A stretch of 64,000 nucleotides of DNA from Mytilus californianus (lineage: Eukaryota), in the NCBI RefSeq assembly GCF_021869535.1, contig NW_026262679.1:4154001-4218000 (forward strand), written 5' to 3'. A model generated the notes under the pieces. That model saw only the letters and a list, made by a program, of their open reading frames with translations, was not told where the DNA came from and ran no database searches. This document shows positions 1-11,099 of this stretch, piece after piece; the stretch's first letter is position 1, and the number at the start of each line of letters is the position of its first letter. The position numbers and the translations under genes were made by a program.

Positions 1-479
1 ATTATTTTTTGATTGGTCACAACAATCAGTTATTTTTAGATTAGTCGCGGTTGATTGACTATAACAAAGAATACACATCACCGCAACCGGGCCGAGAAAA
101 AGACGTGTCTTATGAAATATTTAAAACATTTGATGGAAAAACTTTCAAAACATACGTAGTTATTTACGGAAATATTGTTTTTAATAAACTAGTGTTGTTC
201 TATCTTTAATTCAATGGGTCACATAGCGGATTCATTTGCCGTTTTTTACACAAGTGGTCTTTCACTTCGGCAAGATACAATTATGAAGCGTCATTAATAA
301 ATCGGATAGGAATGTATTTAAAAAAAAAGTTAATTGTCATGAAATAAAATGTCAGCTTAGCTTCCAAACAGGTAATTTTCAAATATGTCATCCGTATGTC
401 AGGTATTCTTCATTGACGACTTCTGTAATGAACGCAAATAGACTTTTTTATTGTTTCCTGTAAAATCTTTGTGAAGCAA

Positions 480-1232
480 TGATGACATTCAAAGTTTTAT
501 TTAACAACTTGCTGTTGCTGCTGAAACCATTCTATCAGCAAATTGAGGACACTGTTAGTGAAAGAATGTAAAGACATGACATTTAGGCATTGGAACAAAT
601 ATTCTATACCATTTATTCCGTTAGGAACATTTACTGTAATATTTATTCCAGTGGAAATAATATTCCAGAATATTGTTTCCATTTGGAACTTATATTATGA
701 AGGAACTTCTATTCCGTGACAGTATCCTTGTCTGTCTAAGTATGCAGCAATTGGTCTTGTTTTGCAAGTTTCAACAGCTGATTGTGAAAGGTGTTTTTCA
801 TGTTTAAACAGAGTTAAAACACCTTTGAGAAACAGACTATGCCAAAAAGTGCTGAATTGCTTAATGAATATATCAATTGAAGGACCAAAGGAGGAAGATT
901 TTGATTTTGAAAAATGTGTGGTGACCTTTGGAAAGTTGAAACAGAGGAAGATATCAACAAAATAATGTGTACATGACATTACATTTGTAAATAACTATTG
1001 TAGACTGGATTATTTTTAGTATTGTTTATAAGGTCTCTCATTAATTCCTCTCATCTGTAATAAATACTTTAAAGTTCCATGACTTACCTATAATAAAACA
1101 ATTAGATTGGTATATGGCTATAAACATATAAATTATGTAGTGTAACTAATTCTGAAAAAGAAACATTGTGCGCCCCGTTGCAAATCCACCATGGACCCAC
1201 CATGCATGAAAATTTTTCTAGGGAAGACACTG
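480..1232 (+). mobile_element. hAT-superfamily DNA transposon remnant (3' part, with probable right terminus)
   Basis: Frame 720-965 reads QYPCLSKYAAIGLVLQVSTADCERCFSCLNRVKTPLRNRL..., the hAT C-terminal dimerisation motif (P.L...A...L....STA.CER.FS.L..IKT..RNRL). Upstream frames are broken by stops and frameshifts. ...CTAGGGAAGACACTG at 1218-1232 looks like a CAGTG-type terminal repeat. The left end was not located. Confidence 0.8.
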
Positions 1233-1349
1233 TATTTGTAGCAGTAATTATAAACAGGTGGATAACAGTAGTGACTGATCAACTAGATCATCAATAAATA
1301 TTAATTCTTCACAATTTCATGACTATAGACTTAACACTATAAACCTCAC

Positions 1350-1552
1350 CTTCTTTCCTAAATATGTCTTTGATATCTTGCCACTTCATTTCATATGGAA
1401 TGTTACTGATAATAATTCTTTTTGAGATCAAATTAATTCTTCTGGCTCTGTCACGATGTCTTTCGTCCCGCCTAGGTGATCTAGAATTTGACCTACTTCC
1501 ATTACTTCTGGATCTTCTTACGGGTGACCTTGATCTTGATCTCGACACTGAT
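1350..1552 (-). CDS. MYEF2/HNRNPM: hnRNP M / myelin expression factor 2-like, coding exon 2 (RS-rich segment plus start of RRM1)
   Basis: Acceptor TATTACAG|A at 1553/1552 and donor GAAAGAAG|GTGAGG at 1350/1349. Encodes (R)SVSRSRSRSPVRRSRSNGSRSNSRSPRRDERHRDRARRINLISKRIIISNIPYEMKWQDIKDIFRKE. ISNIPY..KWQD.KD.FR is the RRM1 signature of the hnRNP M/MYEF2/rumpelstiltskin family. The track's 'M' at 1548 is a GTG. Later exons are off-window to the left. Confidence 0.9.
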
Positions 1553-2360
1553 CTGTAATATTCAAGGGTTTGGTTAGACTATGATACAAGGGCATGATTG
1601 TGTTTTGTTACATGTGTATAAAGCATTGTCAATAGCATACTCAGCAAATTAGACTGGTTCAAACATTTGCTTGGGTGGCTTGAATTTATCTTCAGATCAA
1701 TATTTTAGAGGAAGATCCTAATATTTTTATACAGAAATACATGACAACTTCAAAATGCATTTTGATATAATATTCTTAGGTCAAATAAATAGGTGTGTTT
1801 CTTGTGGCATGCCTGAAAACAGTAGGGTCAGGATTGTTTTTTAAATATTTTTTTTTCTTCAATCAATCTCGTCATGAAGTTCTTGGAACCGTTGTTCGAA
1901 TGTTTTGAGTCTTAAACTGTCATAAACGTTTGTATATCAAGTTTATGGTTGCATTTCATCAACTGAACTGCGAGCCCAATAATTTTTAACCTGGCAATTT
2001 GTTTATAATTTTTCAGTCACAAAAACTCTTTTACAAAGAACGCAATTTACACCCAGACGATTTTGGGACATTCCAATGGAAGAGCTTTTTTCCACAGCCA
2101 ATTCGGGGATATGCTGAAAAGACCTTTTTTTCTTCGATCACTACAAAATTTATCAATTTTCAATTAATTTTTTTTATCGAACTAAAAGTTACTGAAATAT
2201 TTAGTCTCTCCAGCTATAGTTAACAGCAATATTTGTTGATCATATCTCTTTGACACCATATATTTAGGTTTACTGGCCACTACAAAATTTTTAATAGTTT
2301 TTTCAGTGATTCTAGATAATAATTTATAAGATTGCCATTAGTTTTGTGGAAGGTACATGT

Positions 2361-2611
2361 AGATTGATTGATTTTTGGTGTTTGGATGCCACTTTCAGCA
2401 TTATTGGCTATTTGTGGCAGACAGTTTTTATTAGTGGAGGAAGTCAGAGTGCAAGGAGCGAACCATGACCTTCAGCAGGAAAACTGTCAATCCTTTTCTA
2501 TTAAGATTGGAGTCAAACACACCTGCCACATGCTCGAACCTCTGAGGCTGTGTTGACAGGTTAATAGTACAGTGGTTGAACTACTTAAACCACTCGGCCA
2601 TAAAAGCCCCC
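2361..2611 (-). mobile_element. tRNA-derived SINE remnant (Nin/Deu-type central domain)
   Basis: Minus strand begins GGGGCTTTTATGGCCGAGTGGTTTAAG (A box) ... GGTTCGAGC (B box). Plus strand shows TTTTATTAGTGGAGGAAGTCAGAGTGCAAGGAGCGAACCATGACC, resembling the GTGGAGGAAACCGGAGTACC core of mollusc SINEs. A related fragment lies at about 46095-46225. Confidence 0.65.
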
Positions 2612-2616
2612 TTTCT

Positions 2617-3270
2617 CAGGTTGGGAACAAACCCTCTATATGGTGTTTATACCTGTATAGAGGGATTACCCTTCTATAAAGGGATAAAATTATCCCTCTA
2701 TAGAGATATATATTTGTTTTATATAGACTGGATTTTAAACAAAACATGGCAATTGCGCATTTGCTACTTATTATGGTTGTAACCTGTAACATTTGATGCA
2801 CCAATTGCTGTACTTAATTTAATATGCACATGTCTAGTTTACTGCTAAACTGACCATCTTTGTATACAACTATTGTTCATCATAAAGCTGTGATGATTAG
2901 GTAAATTCCACTCAGTTATGCCTCAATGAACAGATTTCTATTGTTAGAATTGACATAAAATTTAAAGGTCAAATGTCGCTATTGTTGTTGATCAGGTGTT
3001 CATATAGGTACACAATAGATTGCAAGTTCTGTCACTTTAGCAGAAAACTGAGCATCCCAATTTTAGTAAAGTGCAATAATTGATACATATTCTGCACTAG
3101 ATTACAGTCAATATACATTTAACTAGAAAATGCCATTTTGTCATCTTCCTGCTTTAAATCCAGTCTAAAACAAATATATCCCTCTGTAGAGAGAAAATTT
3201 TATCCCTCTATAGAAGGATAATCCCTCTATACAGGTATAAACACCATATAGAGGGTTTGTTCCCAACCTG
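2617..3270. mobile_element. MITE with about 130-bp TIRs and 5-bp TSD (TTTCT)
   Basis: Left CAGGTTGGGAACAAACCCTCTATATGGTGTTTATACCTGTATAGAGGGATTA is the exact reverse complement of the right end (..GTTTGTTCCCAACCTG, 3270). TTTCT occurs at 2612-2616 and 3271-3275. Confidence 0.88.
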
Positions 3271-3830
3271 TTTCTGGTAGAAAAACCTGTATGTTACGAT
3301 AAAGAATGTAATGTCACCGGCGCTGCATATGTACTTTTTTTGGAATTATTGCCCTTTGTTTTGGAATCCGCTCCATGTCATACATTTACTGAAATCGAAA
3401 TCTTGAGCCAACCATGGCGAAAGTTGAACTCTTTTTATATATCTGACATTCACTTTAGTGTTATACATCAGTACAGAGGATGCGACTTTGGTTTGTTTTC
3501 CTGTTTTTGATCCATATCTTCAAAGAATATGCGCGTTGACCCACAACCCATAAAAACATTTATTAGAACGCTTACTAACTACACGAACAATTGTTTTTCA
3601 TTATAACATACACTAAGGCAATAAATTGTGAACGTCAATTAATATTCATTTTAAATGTTTATTGTGATTTCTACAAGTATCCTCGCTCGTTAAAATTTTA
3701 TGTATGGAAAGGTATTTATGTCATAAAATTGTCTAGCATACATATTTTTCAGAATTGTAAAAGTGATTATCTTTGTATTTTTAGTTTTTTACCATCATCC
3801 TGTAGTCAATGTAGATGTGTTAAAGTTTAA

Positions 3831-4406
3831 GGTTCATGTGGACCCTATGGCTAAAATGGCTGCGTTTTCACCTCAAAATTTACTCTGAGTGCAGACAAAC
3901 CTATGCATCTCAAAAAGTTTTAAGGCATAGTATGTCCTAGATAAATAAAATTCAAGTTATGCATTGTATGTTTTAGAAAATTTAAAACTTAACTGAATTA
4001 TGCAGTGCACTTTTTTTCGTCCCTGCAGGAGGTGATAAAGTTAACGAACAGTTGAATTTCACTTGATATGGTCCACTCAGTTTCAGTTTAAATCACCAAT
4101 TATTGTAAGGTATCTATTGTCCATGTAAATCAATACAGTTCACTTCAATCATTACCTGTGGGGAAGTTCTCAAACCTCTTTCGCAACTTAGTTTATTTTG
4201 GCACATTCTGGAGGAATGAAAAAAAAGTGCACTGCAAAAATTCCTGTTAAAGTTTTTATTTTCTAAAACATTTTATATATTTGAATTTTATTTATCTAGG
4301 GCATGCTATGCCTTAAAACTTTACCAGATACACTGATTTGCCTGTACTCAAGAGTAAATTTTGAGGTGAAAATGCAGCCATTTTAGCCAAAGGGTTCACA
4401 TAAACC
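3831..4406. mobile_element. Kolobok-like non-autonomous element (TTAA TSD, GG...CC termini, about 190-bp imperfect TIRs)
   Basis: TTAA|GGTTCATGTGGACCCTATGGCTAAAATGGCTGC... and ...GCAGCCATTTTAGCCAAAGGGTTCACATAAACC|TTAA. The inverted arms remain alignable for about 190 bp. Confidence 0.85.
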
Positions 4407-4619
4407 TTAAATAATCTACTTGGTTATCTGTTACGCACGAGGTATTTATAGTTTTTCTATGGAAAGGCAAAAACTGAAGGCTTTAGTTGGGAAGATAGGA
4501 ACACTGAGTATTTCAAAGAAAGAATCGGCCTCGCCGCACAAACAATGGCATGATCATACCACGCGATCAAAATATAATCAAATTATACTCTCGAAAACAA
4601 AGAATAGACGAGTGCAAAC

Positions 4620-4699
4620 CTCTGTTCTTGTTCTTGGTCTTGTTCTTGTTGCATATTATCATTTGGCGATTGGGATCCGTCGTTGTCGTTTTCATACAT
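4620..4699 (-). CDS. MYEF2/HNRNPM: hnRNP M / MYEF2-like, first coding exon
   Basis: ATG at 4699 gives MYENDNDGSQSPNDNMQQEQDQEQEQ followed by AG|GTTTGC (phase-2 donor). This joins the phase-2 acceptor at 1552 to make AGA (Arg) and keeps the frame open into the RS/RRM exon. Confidence 0.8.
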
Positions 4700-4757
4700 C
4701 TTGCAGATTTCTTTCTGTTTTGTTGCAGATATTAGCAAACGGGAAATATTTCTTCGA

Positions 4758-4774
4758 ATGGCGTCTGTCACGTG
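4758..4774. promoter_or_regulatory. Putative promoter-proximal motifs of the hnRNP M-like gene (E-box CACGTG; YY1-like ATGGCG)
   Basis: GTCACGTGG at 4767-4775 and ATGGCG at 4758-4763, 60-75 nt upstream of the start codon. Motif match only. Confidence 0.3.
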
Positions 4775-5019
4775 GTTTATAAAATTTTACCAATTGACAA
4801 ACGAAACGAATTTAAAGGAGTAAGACAAATAATATCAATTGACACGGACTGTTGCAATAATTATTGACTATCAAATACCATTATTTTTTTCCGATTTTTC
4901 AAAAAAAAATTAACATCTAAATATAGTATAAAAATTTAAAAAAAACTAAAAAAAATCGGTAGATTTTATGTCATTTCAATCAGGCCGGCCAAACTCATGG
5001 GCTCGTATTGATAATTCTT

Positions 5020-5765
5020 TATCTCTAATGCATTTATCTCGAATTAACAATTCGTTTTCTCAGTTTCCAATCCGTGATCTCAATTCAATAATTCATGATC
5101 ACGAATTGATCGGAATTACTTATCAGTTATCACGGTTTCCGATCCGTTATCCCGGATTAACAATCCGTTAATAACTTATATCGGTTTCCCAATCCGTGAG
5201 CTCGAGTTAACAATCCATTATCTCGAATTAACGATTAGTTTTCTCGGTTTACAAAATTCGTGATCTGAGGCTTCGTTAGATAATCCGTGATTTCGAATTG
5301 CTAATCCGTTATCTAGGTTTCCTCAGTCTTAAGGCCTGTTGGCACAAATCGTCTCAATGTGCAGATTTTCTCTTCGTGCGTTTTGCTCAACGTAGTTTCT
5401 TCTCTGTGCTTTAAAAGGGTATATGCGCTGGTTAAGATTTGGATTGAGAAACAGCAGTATCAAATCTGCCAGTTCTGTCAATGTAATGTGCCACTGTTTG
5501 TATAGTTTGGATTTCGTCTCTTCGATGTTCTTGCCGTCTAGTTTAGTTAACATTTTTTATTCCTAGAGAAGGGCGTTTCCTAACCCGTGAGCTCGGATTA
5601 ATAACCCTTTATCTCGCATTCATTATCCATGATCTTGGATTAATAGACCGATATCCCGGTTTCCCAATCCGTGATCTCGAATTACTAATCACTTATTTCG
5701 TTTTTCAAAATTCGTGATCGCGGATTATTAATTAAGAAAAATTTATCCCTAGAGAAGGGCGTTTT
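5020..5765. repeat. CpG-rich degenerate modular repeat array, unclassified
   Basis: Many imperfect copies of AATCCGTGATCTCGAATTAACAATCCGTTATCTCGGTTTCCC in 5020-5325 and 5580-5730. CCTAGAGAAGGGCGTTT is repeated at about 5561 and 5748. Confidence 0.6.
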
Positions 5766-6074
5766 TTTTAACATATAAATCAATACAAATCATATTAAAA
5801 GGACATACAATATTCAAACATACGTCATATGCAATCCAAATAAATACATACTGATTACAAATAATTAAAAATAATTAAATAGAAATATCAGTGCCATGGG
5901 AGCTGGGTAATGAACAAAACTTTGTTTTTATGCTTTTAAGCAAAACATGTTTTTATCGTAAACTTACTAACTACTAGACAAGACTTTATTTCTCACTTTC
6001 AGATCCCACTTTTAGTCTACACCTACACCACTACAGATATAGAACCGTGATTATGAACTAACACACATTATTTA

Positions 6075-6205
6075 AAAATAAGGCGCGGTGGTTTGATTGC
6101 CAATGAGACAATTCTCCACCAGAGACCAGATGACAGAGAAGTTAACAACTATAGGTCACCGTACTCCCTTCAACAATGAGCAAAACCCATACCGCATAGT
6201 AAGTT
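6075..6205 (+). mobile_element. Abundant Mytilus-type interspersed repeat (…ATTGCCAATGAGACAACTCTCCA… family); other copies at about 10753-11090(-), 30025-30350(-), 40010-40150(-), 50100-50240(+), 54290-54395(+), 57630-57680(-), 63380-63605(-)
   Basis: The shared core GGTATGATTGCCAATGAGACAACTCTCCA...CTTCAACAATGAGCAAAACCCATACCG recurs in both orientations across the window. Confidence 0.7.
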
Positions 6206-6849
6206 ATATTTACTCACTTAGACATTTGTTCACGTGTATCTCTTTTTTCCTGTCTCATCTAGAATATTTATTTAGCTGTATAAAATATTTCTGCTCTTTG
6301 GTCGGATTGTTGTCTCTTTGACACATTCCCTGTTTTCATTCTCAATTTTATCTTCATTTGTCATGATCCAGGTTAAAATATTTTCTACATTAATGTTTCT
6401 TAGGTTTGGAAACTTTTGAAATACGTACGTTTTCTAAGAATTCAAATCTTGGTGAATTATACCGAGAACTCCAGAGCAAAATGTACTTCATTTTATATTA
6501 AATTATATAAACAGTGTTGATGGAGCCTTTCACATCTGGACAGAAGCTCAAGTTTCCCTGAGATTGTATTTAGTTTTCGTTCATGTCTCCCAGTATATTT
6601 TATCAAGCTGTGGTTGGTTACTCAGCCTAAATTTAGTTAAAGTTTGGTAGTTAAACTTCTTCATATTTAAGAGACTTTCATATTATTCAACGTCAAATTT
6701 GATTTTTATATATGTGCGGAGTTTTCCCGTCTTCTGGAGACATTTCTTTAAATACTATTTAAATTTATTTTTACTAATTGTTTTTTATTTTTATTTTGTC
6801 CATGTTTGATTTTTTTTTGTCCGTGATTGTCACACTGGAGTTTCTACTC

Positions 6850-8850
6850 AACATGGCTTTTAAGTACAACGAGAGGGATCAACCTGTTAGTCAAAAAGTC
6901 CAACATGAAGTATAGTGCTTACTGAATCAGAATCAGACGTATGACCAAGATGCCAAGTTGAATGCCATAAGAAAACCATTAAGAGGCGAAGGACTTGTTC
7001 CTATGAGGTTGGAACTTAACGCAACTGTACAGGATATAATCCAGAAATAAGACAGCATTTATGTAATCATTGGAAAGGCAGTAGACAGAGGACTTGTACA
7101 CCGACAAGATGTGGATGGCAAAGTTCATGCAATGATCTAAACAGGATTGAAACCATATTTTAAATCAATATAAACTCATAAGTACGATATCATTGGAGAT
7201 TTTGATGGACTACGGGTAGTGTTAAGACAGATAGAGAGGGGCCATAACACTAAGCGCAACAGATACTAAGACACAGATCAACACAGATATTACAACAAAA
7301 CCTGAGGATCAAGGTCCACAAGAGATCAGGTATATGACTAATCAAATCCATACCAAACTGGATTTGAACGACGAAAGATAGGAACAAGCACCATGGAACC
7401 AGCAGCAACAACCTAGACTTTCACCAAGTCTTACTGATTAACAGTTTGACGAAGGACGTGCACTTTTCCGTTCTTACATGGACATCTTTTCCAAGAAGGA
7501 TGATGATGTGGGTCACACTGACACAGTACAACACGTACAGGATCGACCTTCTAGAAGACAAACCATTTAAGAAGAGATATCGCCATATACCACCAACAGC
7601 AAATGATGAATTCAGTGCTCATTTAAGACAACTACTAGATACAGAAATTATCCGATCATCACATAGTCCTTTTGCCCCTAATGTGGTATCAGCAAGGAAG
7701 AAAGACTTAAGCCTACGCCTGTGTGTTGATTACAGTAAACTTAATCAGACACCGGAAAAAGACAGTCATGCTCTCCCAGAATAGAGAAACATTTGGATTG
7801 TTTGGCAAGATCAACCCATTATTCCGCTGTGGACATGAAGTCAGGGTACCATCATATAAGATCTATGAACCTAATAAAGAACGAACAGCCTTTATAGTCG
7901 GTTCTTCTGGTTTCTTTGAGTACAACCGGATGCCGTTTGGTTAAACCAACAGCCCATTCACTTACCAGACAACGATGGAAGACTGTCTAGCCGACTATAA
8001 TCTGCGGGTATGCTGTGTCTTCATAGATGAGGTTATTGTTTACGAGAAGACAAATGAAGAACAGCTAGAGGACATCAAGTTCGTGATGGAAAAGTTTAGA
8101 CAAGTCAACTAGAAGCTAGCTCTCAAGAAGTGTTCCGCATAATGTCAGAGGCAGGGAAGGAGATTGACCCAGAGATGACAGACAAAGTTACCACTTTGCA
8201 AACACAAACATCGCCAGAAGATATCAGATGCTTTCTTGGGTTTGTAGGATACCACAGAAGGTTTATCAAGAAAAAGACCACCGACTGATTTGGTAGCATC
8301 ATCAACAGACAAGAAAGAAAGAAAAGGTAAGACCAACAAGTGAATCTGTGAGCTACTGCTCACTAATGATACCCCCGCCCCGCTTAAAGTATAAGGTAAA
8401 CAGGAAGCTGTCGAGTGATGAATCTGAAAACGCATCACACGGTATAGCTGACTCATATAAACCCAAATTTCAGAAATCCTTGTAATGTGGTTCCTGAGAA
8501 AGATGCGACGAAAAATATTCACGGGACGGACGGACGGTCTGACGAACGCACCGACGGGTGGATGGACGGACAGACAGACAGAGGACAACAGTATAGCGAG
8601 GGTATAATGAGCAGATACCGTGGAACTGGGGAAAGACAGAGACAGCCTTTTGCCACCTTGCAGCTCTTTCTCGAATCAGCACCTACATTAGGACATGCCG
8701 ATTCAACCCTACCATTTGAGCTGCACACTGATGCTTCGGAAATTGGATGAGGAGCAGTCTTATACCAAAAAAACAACAGGATGAGAAGAATGTGATCAGT
8801 TATGCAAGCAGAGGTCTAACGAACGCAGATAAGTTTTACCCGCCCTATAA
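6850..8850 (+). pseudogene. Decayed Ty3/Gypsy LTR-retrotransposon gag-pol fragment (RT and RNase H), interrupted by a nested element
   Basis: 7446-7784: RIDLLEDKPFKKRYRHIPP...IIRSSHSPFAPNVVSARKKDLSLRLCVDYSKLN. 7860-8100: KERTAFIVGSSGFFEYNRMPFG*TNSPFTYQTTMEDCLADYNLRVCCVFIDEV. 8610-8840: FATLQLFLESAPTLGHADSTLPFELHTDASEIG*...VISYASRGL. A gag-like stretch at about 7080-7240 reads KYDIIGDFDGLRVVLRQIER. Multiple stops and frameshifts; no integrase or LTR found. Confidence 0.9.
8335..8607 (+). mobile_element. Non-autonomous Helentron-like (HINE) element inserted in the Gypsy pol
   Basis: Starts AACAAGTGAATCTGTGAGCTACTGCTCAC..GATACCCCCGCC and carries a (GGAC/GACA)n microsatellite at 8524-8580. Ends ..GCGAGGGTATAAT. 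Gypsy coding sequence resumes directly afterwards (EQIPWNWG). Confidence 0.75.
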
Positions 8851-9329
8851 ACCATACACTCAGCTGTTTTGTCTGTTGTGAAGGATAATACTTACCATGC
8901 AGTCACATCAATATTATTTTATTATATAAGTATTTTGTTAGATCTGGAAATTTGCGCTAGCAAAATTTTTTATCTTCCCTTTCCTCGTCGGATATTTCTA
9001 CGGTTGTAACACAGTACATGATGTATAGTGGCAAGTAGTTGGTATAACCTTCTAAACCCTAGATAAGGTCGACGAAGAAAGACCATTTACATGTTTAAGC
9101 CTATATTAAAATTTATACTATATTAAGAACATACACGTTGTTTAGATTGTCACCGGGTCCGTTTATGCATCATTTTTTCTTCTTTCCTGTCGCTAGCAAT
9201 TGTCTCTTTTGTAAATTAAAAAAGTAAATATTTAATTTGCACATTGACATCATGAGCAGGTTACTCGAGGGTTGAATGTGGTATAGAAAATATATGGTCA
9301 CTTCATCTTCCCTGTTCTGGTAGTAAATT

Positions 9330-9570
9330 CCTTGCTGAAGCTGGGCAACCGTTTAGCTATATGGGATGTATAAATAGTATTAAATACGCAGTCACTCATA
9401 GGATTTATGGGACGTTGAATCCGATGCCTTGTGTTGGGTGAGTGCCACAGTCTATGCTTTTATCCAACACACCCTTTATTTTTGGCAGTTAAAATCCCAC
9501 CCTTCAACCCGACCAAACTATTGTATAAATTGTTAAATTGGCCATGTCCTAAATATGCATGAAATAATTA
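9330..9570 (+). mobile_element. Degenerate SINE-like remnant
   Basis: The 3' tail CCTAAATATGCATGAAATAATTATCACTG matches the better-preserved tail at 31200-31262 (CCTGAATATGCATGAAATATTTGCCAC..AAGCAACCAACAATCAATCAATC). Confidence 0.45.
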
Positions 9571-9880
9571 TCACTGAATGTGTATATATAGTAGAGGCAA
9601 CAGTAGTAACCGATGTTCTAATCTCGTTAATCGATTTTTAAAATACAAACCATGATTAATAGCTGTAACTACAAACGAACTGGACGGTTGTATAGACATG
9701 GTGATCGTCTTCTGCTGCTTTTCGTGCATCATCCAAACTCATTTACAATGTCACAATAAGGAATATGACATGTGTTGTGCTTCGTGTGTTATTTTGATGA
9801 AAATCCGAACAGACTGAACATGATGTTTTTTTTATAAAATCTGCATGGCATGCGATAGCCCCCAAGCATACTATAAAACT

Positions 9881-10176
9881 AAACATAAAGAATAATGTGT
9901 CCATAGTACACGGATGCCCCACTCGCACTATCATTTTCTATGTTCAGTGGACCGTGAAATTGGGGGTCAAAACTCTAATTTGGCATTAAAATTAGAAAGA
10001 TCACATCATAGGGAACATGTGTACTAAGTTTCAAGTTGATTGGACTTAAACTTCATCAAAAACTACCTTCACCAAAAACTTCAACCTGAAGCGGGACAGA
10101 CGGACGGACGAACGGACGAATGGACGAATGGACGCACAGTCCGAAAAACATATTGCCCCTAGGTTGGGCATAAAAA
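9881..10176 (+). mobile_element. HINE-type element, family C (second copy at about 44350-44550)
   Basis: 5' GGATGCCCCAC subterminal motif, (GGAC)n tract at 10096-10136, and 3' hairpin GCCCCT..GGGC followed by ATAAAAA. The body TTGGCATTAAAATTAGAAAGATCA.. is shared with 44352-44550. Confidence 0.75.
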
Positions 10177-11099
10177 TCTTACGTATAAAAATTCGTCAGT
10201 TGCAGTTGCTGTCTTGTATCATTAAATCAAAAAGATTTATAGGGTCTGTTTTTGGGGTTCGAAAAGAGGGGCGAAAGATACCATAGGATGGGTTCGAAAT
10301 TAGCATTTGGAACCATGTTGTCATAATCGATGTTAAATGAATTAAATTGCGTGATGAAATAAATGTTATTAGACTACTAAGTATTCCACATCACTTTGGA
10401 ACAAATTAACATACCCTTGTCACACATGAAACAACGTCCCCATACGTTACAAGCATATTTTTTTTTGGAAAACTGTAAATTTCAATTGACAACATAATTT
10501 TACTTTCAACGTTTGTATTGGGTTTTGGATTTTCAAATATTTTGGCCTCGAGCATCATTGTTCAAGAGACATTAGTTGTCGAAATGTATCTGGTACAGTA
10601 AAATTGGTATCGTTTAGATTATTGTAAGTGAGCGGTGTTACGCAATATGACCTGCATAAGCTCAAACAGGCAGAGATGGGCCAGAATATTGTAAAAACTT
10701 ATGTCAGGGAAGCTCCGCCAAAAAATCCACTTTTTGACCAGAACCTTGCTTAACAAACATGTTTATCCCCGCCACATTCGTAATATGACTGTCCCAAGCC
10801 AGGAGGCTGTAGTTCAGTGGTTGTCGTTGGTTCATGTCTGTCATTTGTGTTTTTCGTAATTTTTTTCTTTATAAATTAGGCCCTTTTTTCTCGTTCGAAT
10901 TGTTTCACATTCTCCATGTAGGGGGCTTTTAAAGCCGACTATACGGTATGTGTTTTTCTTATTGTTGAAGACCACACGGTTGCCTATAATTGATTGCAAT
11001 TACTTCATTTGAACTCTGGTGGATAGTTGTCTCATTGGCAATCATACCATTATATGCAACATGCTTTTTATGGGCCGATAATTGGTTAAATAAAGTATG

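Noticed and set aside
6400-6850. Possible 5' LTR/PBS of the Gypsy element
   Set aside because: No matching second LTR, TG..CA ends or primer-binding site could be identified.
8888-8896. ATACTTACC resembling the U1 snRNA 5' end
   Set aside because: The following sequence does not match U1 stem-loops or the Sm site.
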